Made by a program: the position numbers and the translations under genes. A DNA stretch of 64,000 bases. Origin: an uncultured Gemmatimonadales bacterium (GTDB taxonomy: Bacteria; Gemmatimonadota; Gemmatimonadetes; Gemmatimonadales; Gemmatimonadaceae). The notes below the pieces were generated by a model. It was not told the origin of the DNA. It worked only from the letters and a program-made list of their open reading frames with translations, and ran no database searches. The stretch is taken from the NCBI GenBank assembly GCA_963707505.1, contig CAVPQB010000004.1:224001-288000 (forward strand), written 5' to 3'. This document shows, piece by piece, positions 59,596 to 64,000 of the stretch (position 1 is the stretch's first letter; every line of letters begins with the position of its first letter).

Positions 59596-60720
59596 ATGAT
59601 TCGAATTCAGGAGATCACCCTTCACGAAATTCGGCTTCCACTCAAGGAGCCATTTCGTATCTCGTCCGGCTTGTGCACCGAGAGGCGAATCATGCTTCTC
59701 AAGGTGCGCGATGCCGACGGCGTCACGGTGTGGAGTGAATGCGTCGCCGGCGAGCGCCCCAACTACGCCTCTGAAACGATCGACGCCGCATGGCTCGTGA
59801 TCAGCGAATACGTCGCGCCGCGCGTGTTCGGAACGGAATTCGAGCAGGCTGCGCACGTTCACCCGGCGCTCGAGGTCAACTTCCGTGGCCACAACATGGC
59901 GAAGGCCGCGATCGAAATGGCCTCATGGGCGCTCGTCGCCGAGCGCGATGGCATGCCGCTCGCGCGACTGCTCGGCGGCACGCGTACCGAGATTCCTACA
60001 GGAATATCAATCGGTATTCAGGCATCGCCCGATGCGCTGGTCGCACGCGTCGGACGTGCGCTCGCCGACGGATATCGCAAGATCAAGCTCAAGATCGAGC
60101 CAGGTCACGACCTGGATTTCATTCGCGCGGTACGCAACGCGTATCCTGATGCACCATTGATGGCGGACGCGAACAACGCCTATACTCTCAAGGACGCCGC
60201 GCATCTCAAGCAGCTAGACCCGCTTCACCTCGTGATGATCGAGCAGCCGCTCGCGTATGATGACATCGTGCGTCACGCCGAGCTGCAGCACATGCTCACG
60301 ACGCCGATCTGCCTGGATGAGTCGATAACGAGCGTGGATCGCGCCGAGGATATGATCACGCTCAAGAGCGGTCGCATCATCAACATCAAACCCGGCCGCG
60401 TTGGCGGATTCCAGCAGGCGCGCGCGATCCACGACCTGTGCGCCAAGCATGGAATACCAGTTTGGTGCGGCGGAATGCTGGAGAGCGGAATCGGTCGCTC
60501 GTACAACGTTGCGCTCGCATCGCTCCCGAATTTCACCATCCCTGGCGACCTGAGCCCGAGCGCGCGGTACTGGGAGCGTGACGTCATCAAGCCCGAGTGG
60601 ACGATGAGTCCCGAAGGCATGATGCAAGTGCCGCTGAATCGTGCAGGCATCGGTGTCGCGGTAGACGAAGATCGCATCGACGATCTCACCGTCCGTTCCA
60701 CCACGCTCAGCGCGAAGTAA
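59596..60720 (+). CDS. N-succinylamino acid racemase / o-succinylbenzoate synthase (enolase superfamily)
   Basis: KIKLK, DANNAY, IEQP, CLDES, NIKPGRVGG, WCGGMLE and PGDLSPSARYW. Confidence 0.9.
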   Translation: MIRIQEITLHEIRLPLKEPFRISSGLCTERRIMLLKVRDADGVTVWSECVAGERPNYASETIDAAWLVISEYVAPRVFGTEFEQAAHVHPALEVNFRGHNMAKAAIEMASWALVAERDGMPLARLLGGTRTEIPTGISIGIQASPDALVARVGRALADGYRKIKLKIEPGHDLDFIRAVRNAYPDAPLMADANNAYTLKDAAHLKQLDPLHLVMIEQPLAYDDIVRHAELQHMLTTPICLDESITSVDRAEDMITLKSGRIINIKPGRVGGFQQARAIHDLCAKHGIPVWCGGMLESGIGRSYNVALASLPNFTIPGDLSPSARYWERDVIKPEWTMSPEGMMQVPLNRAGIGVAVDEDRIDDLTVRSTTLSAK

Positions 60721-60738
60721 CACAACAGAGAAACCGAA

Positions 60739-61962
60739 ATGCCGAAACAAACAACAAGCGACAGTTCCGCGCCGCGCGTTCCTGATTCCGTGCGCGCCCT
60801 GTTCCCCGACGATCTTGCTCTTCAGCTCTCCGCGCTGCGCCGCGACCTGCATCGCAATCCCGAGCTGTCGTGGCACGAGAAGCGAACGTCGGAGCTGCTC
60901 GCGTCGACGCTGGAAGGGTTCGGCGTCACCGACATCAAACGTGTCGCCAATACGGGACTCATCGCACGCGTACCGGGTCGCGACCACTCCGCACCGATAG
61001 TCGCGCTGCGCGGAGACATCGATGCGCTACCAATCCACGAAGATACCGGATTGTCGTTTTCGTCGGCAAACGATGGCGTGATGCACGCATGTGGTCACGA
61101 CGTGCATGCGAGCTGGGCTGTTGCGGCGACGCGCCTGCTGCTCGAATCGCCAGCGCGTGGCGACGTGCTCGTCGTCTTTCAGCCTGCCGAAGAAGTCGGC
61201 GAAGGCGCGCGCGCGATCCTTGCAACCGGCGCGCTCGACGCGGTGCGCGCCATATTCGGCGGCCACGTCGATCGCAGATTCGAGGTTGGGCAGATCGTCG
61301 CGCAGGAAGGCGCACTCGCTGCATCCACCGATACCTTTCGCATAACGCTCACCGGAGCCGGATCGCACGGTGCACGTCCGCACGAGTCACGCGACCCGAT
61401 CGTCGGAGCAGGTGCGCTGATAGGCGCGTTGCAGACGATCGTGTCGCGACAGCTGGATCCCGCAAAGCCGGGCGTGGTGACGGTGGGTACGATCAAGGGT
61501 GGAAGCGCACCGAACATCATTCCAGACAGCGTCGAGCTGAGCGGCACCATTCGCGCGACAACCACCGAGACGCGCACGCTGCTCACAGGTGAAGTGCAGC
61601 GCATGGCCGAGGCAATCGCCGCAACGTACGGACTAACCGCCGCTGTTGTGCTCAAGGGTGGAACTCCGCCAATCGTAAATCCCGCGATCGGCGCCAACTG
61701 GGCGCGCCAAGCCGTCACTCAGGTGCTTGGCGCCGATGCGCTCGTGCCGCTTGGCACCACCAACATGGGTGGTGAGGACTTCGCGGAGTACATCCAGAAG
61801 ATTCCCGGCTGCTTCATGCGAATTGGTGCACGCGAGAAAGGTGGCCGCGTGATCGCTGCGCACTCGCCGTCGTACTATGCATCGGAGGACGCACTGTTCA
61901 TTGGTGCGGCCGTTCTGGCGGAATGTGCTCGCGTCGCATCGGAGTCGCTGGCGGGGAAGTAG
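60739..61962 (+). CDS. M20D family amidohydrolase (candidate N-succinyl-L-amino acid desuccinylase)
   Basis: RRDLH.NPELS, LRGDIDALP, MHACGHD, FQPAEE, SHGARPH, GGEDF and AHSP. Confidence 0.9.
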   Translation: MPKQTTSDSSAPRVPDSVRALFPDDLALQLSALRRDLHRNPELSWHEKRTSELLASTLEGFGVTDIKRVANTGLIARVPGRDHSAPIVALRGDIDALPIHEDTGLSFSSANDGVMHACGHDVHASWAVAATRLLLESPARGDVLVVFQPAEEVGEGARAILATGALDAVRAIFGGHVDRRFEVGQIVAQEGALAASTDTFRITLTGAGSHGARPHESRDPIVGAGALIGALQTIVSRQLDPAKPGVVTVGTIKGGSAPNIIPDSVELSGTIRATTTETRTLLTGEVQRMAEAIAATYGLTAAVVLKGGTPPIVNPAIGANWARQAVTQVLGADALVPLGTTNMGGEDFAEYIQKIPGCFMRIGAREKGGRVIAAHSPSYYASEDALFIGAAVLAECARVASESLAGK

Positions 61963-61967
61963 TCTTC

Positions 61968-62816
61968 CTAGTAGTCCACCGGCCGCAGATACGACTCACC
62001 AATCGCTGTCGGACTCAGCATCGCCACCGTCGGAAGCTTGCGCTTCCAGTGAGTCGAGCCGAGCCGCTTGCGCACGATCTCCACGTCGTCGGGAGCGAAG
62101 CCGTGCGCAACGATCTCTTCTGGTGTGTATCCGGTCAGCAGCCAGTTGAGAATCGCATCGGCCTTCGCGTACGAGATCCCGAAATCGCTTTCGTCAGTCT
62201 GACCCTGAATCAGGTCAGCTGATGCGGGCTTGTTGATGATCGCGTCGGGAACACCGAGGAATCTGGCAAGCTCCCACACCTGCGTCTTGAAGAGATCGCC
62301 CAACGGGTTGATCGGCGGCGAATCATCGGCGTGCCAAGTGAAGTAGCCAAAGAGCCGCTCGGTTTTATTGCCAGTGCCGACCGGCAGCGCATGGTACTTC
62401 GCCGAGAGGTCGAATAACACGATCATTCGCATCCGCGCCATTACATTGCCGCGACGGGATGCGTCGGCGTCGGCCTCATTTTCGAGATATCCATCCACCG
62501 CGGAAGTGATGTCGATCGTGCGCTCCACCAAGCCGAGCGCGTCGGTTACAAGCTTCGCATGCTCGAGTGATTGTCGGTTGCTCGTGCGATATGGCATACG
62601 GACTGCGATCGTATTCTCGGCACCGAGCGCGCGGGCGCACAGAAATCCGGTGACCGCAGAGTCGACTCCTCCCGACATGCCGACCACCGCTTTCCTGAAA
62701 TCACGCCGCTTGAATTCTGCGCGCAGAAAGGCAACCAGCCATTCGGTCGTGAGCTCGCAGTCGAGTGCGAGCGGCGGTGGCGTTGTGCCTGTGATTAGTG
62801 GAGCGATGGGTTTCAC
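61968..62816 (-). CDS. nadE: NAD+ synthetase, synthetase subunit
   Basis: GMSGGVDS, GNVMARMRM, GTGNKTE, INPLGDLFKTQV and KPASADL. Confidence 0.95.
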   Translation of the reverse strand: MKPIAPLITGTTPPPLALDCELTTEWLVAFLRAEFKRRDFRKAVVGMSGGVDSAVTGFLCARALGAENTIAVRMPYRTSNRQSLEHAKLVTDALGLVERTIDITSAVDGYLENEADADASRRGNVMARMRMIVLFDLSAKYHALPVGTGNKTERLFGYFTWHADDSPPINPLGDLFKTQVWELARFLGVPDAIINKPASADLIQGQTDESDFGISYAKADAILNWLLTGYTPEEIVAHGFAPDDVEIVRKRLGSTHWKRKLPTVAMLSPTAIGESYLRPVDY

Positions 62817-62822
62817 GAGAGC

Positions 62823-63722
62823 CTATTCACGCTCGCCGGCGCGTCCAAGCGAGCGCAGCATGTGCGGCAACATCGTTTTGAGATCCGCTAGCAGCGGCGA
62901 GGACGCGCGCGCACGCGTGATGTCGCGCAGGTCGAGTGCGACAGCTATCGAAGCCTCGTCCCACAACGGTGCGCGCGCGCGAATGTCGCCGTGCGGGCCC
63001 GCGATAACCGATCCGCCGGGAAATGCCTTTCCCCCCTCGTTGCCCGTGAGCTGAATCAGTGCTACGAACACGCCGTGCTCTTCCGCGCGGTCGCGTGCGA
63101 GACGCTCCCATCGATGCATGCTCGCGGGTCCGCGTATCTCCTCGTCCGGTTGTGGCCACGCGCCCCGCGCTGGAGATGCGGATGGAACGAAGATGATCTG
63201 CGCGCCGTCGAGCGCCGCTGCGGTAGCGGTGAGCGCATGCCACGCATCCTCGCAGATGAGGATTGCAGCGCGTCCCCAGCGCGTGTCGAACGCGCGGACC
63301 CCGAGCCCATGTTCGACGAACCTTTCTTCATCGAAGAGACCGTACGTGGGGAGAAAGACCTTGCGGTGCACGTGAGCGATCACCGGCTCGTCGCCGCCGA
63401 GCGTGACGTACATCGCGCTGTTGAAGTATGTGTTCTCGTGCAGCTCGTAGAATCCGGCAACTACATCGACGTGCCCGGCACAACGCGCGCGAAACGCACT
63501 GTTGAGGTCGGTCGCGAAAGTCGAGGCCGGCAATGCGACATCACGAACACCCCCCTCGACGAAATAGCCGGTAAGCACGGTTTCCGAGAACGCGATGACG
63601 TCAGGCCGCGGCTCAGCGCTCATGAACGACTCGAACAGTTGTTCGAATCGCTTGAGATTGCCTGAATAATCGCCCTTCTTCGGCTGGAATTGCGCGATGG
63701 TGAGGTTCACAACGTCGGCCAT
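62823..63722 (-). CDS. Nitrilase-family carbon-nitrogen hydrolase (probable glutaminase partner of NadE)
   Basis: E-K-C triad in FSET..TGY, HRKVFLPTYGLFDEERF and ICEDAW. Confidence 0.88.
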   Translation of the reverse strand: MADVVNLTIAQFQPKKGDYSGNLKRFEQLFESFMSAEPRPDVIAFSETVLTGYFVEGGVRDVALPASTFATDLNSAFRARCAGHVDVVAGFYELHENTYFNSAMYVTLGGDEPVIAHVHRKVFLPTYGLFDEERFVEHGLGVRAFDTRWGRAAILICEDAWHALTATAAALDGAQIIFVPSASPARGAWPQPDEEIRGPASMHRWERLARDRAEEHGVFVALIQLTGNEGGKAFPGGSVIAGPHGDIRARAPLWDEASIAVALDLRDITRARASSPLLADLKTMLPHMLRSLGRAGERE

Positions 63723-63821
63723 GGTAGAAACTTCACACTGGTCGGAAGGGGGCGGTAGGTGCAGCGGATATATCCACGCCGTGCGCGGGAGCACCAATTC
63801 GGTGAGTGGATGGACGTCGTC

Positions 63822-64000
63822 TTACCGCACCCGCAATATCCCCTCGCTTACCAGCACGGATTCTCCAGCGACTCTGACCGCAGAAATATTCCCGCCGCTC
63901 CTTTCCGCCGACAGCGACAGAATACTCGGTCGCCCCATCTCGAATCCCTGCTCGACGGTCCAGCTCAGCACCGCACCATCTGCCGAATGTTTCGCGAGAT
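63822..64000 (-). CDS. C-terminal part of a PhzF family isomerase
   Basis: Manual translation: ...[15 protein letters not shown]...[18 protein letters not shown]. Confidence 0.85.
   Translation of the reverse strand, partial: LAKHSADGAVLSWTVEQGFEMGRPSILSLSAERSGGNISAVRVAGESVLVSEGILRVR

Noticed and set aside
59596..60720. Assignment as menC in menaquinone biosynthesis
   Set aside because: No other men genes are nearby and the GNAT/M20 context favours the racemase role, so the gene symbol is withheld.

Overview
A GC-rich bacterial chromosomal segment. Gene content and style suggest Gemmatimonadota (inference only: SusC/SusD, fadI/fadJ and many secreted hydrolases). It is mostly housekeeping and accessory metabolism: LOG and DHS-like genes, DinB, a DEAD-box helicase divergent from an acyl-ACP desaturase, greA, fadIJ, proline dehydrogenase, rsgA, an ArsR-SRPBCC-VOC-DUF1801 operon, a rhodanese-OsmC-BioD-like operon and a split NAD synthetase. 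Four things stand out. (1) A small GIY-YIG nuclease gene (47921-48238) sits inside a perfect 33-bp inverted repeat plus a nested 12-bp inverted repeat. The arms belong to a CGTCAT-tagged palindrome family with gene-less copies at about 5.55, 13.8 and 50.1 kb, which looks like an autonomous/non-autonomous REP-type system with a GIY-YIG nuclease instead of a RAYT transposase. (2) A tightly coupled respiratory operon has two tandem PQQ-dehydrogenase + cytochrome c modules in front of a caa3-type oxidase. Its subunit I lacks the canonical D-channel Glu (GHPWVY) and K-channel Lys, and CtaG is fused to a cytochrome c. (3) A SusC/SusD locus next to an IclR regulator carries acylases and a GNAT / N-succinylamino-acid racemase / M20 trio instead of CAZymes, suggesting D-amino-acid or acyl-peptide scavenging. 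(4) An antitoxin-like winged HTH is fused to an amidohydrolase. Several blocks (18.8-24.9, 27.6-28.4, 30.2-30.4 and 52.6-55.8 kb) carry dense single-base indels that look like consensus errors rather than real pseudogenes. No rRNA, tRNA, CRISPR array, integrase or DDE transposase was recognised. All protein calls come from motif recognition by eye, not database searches.
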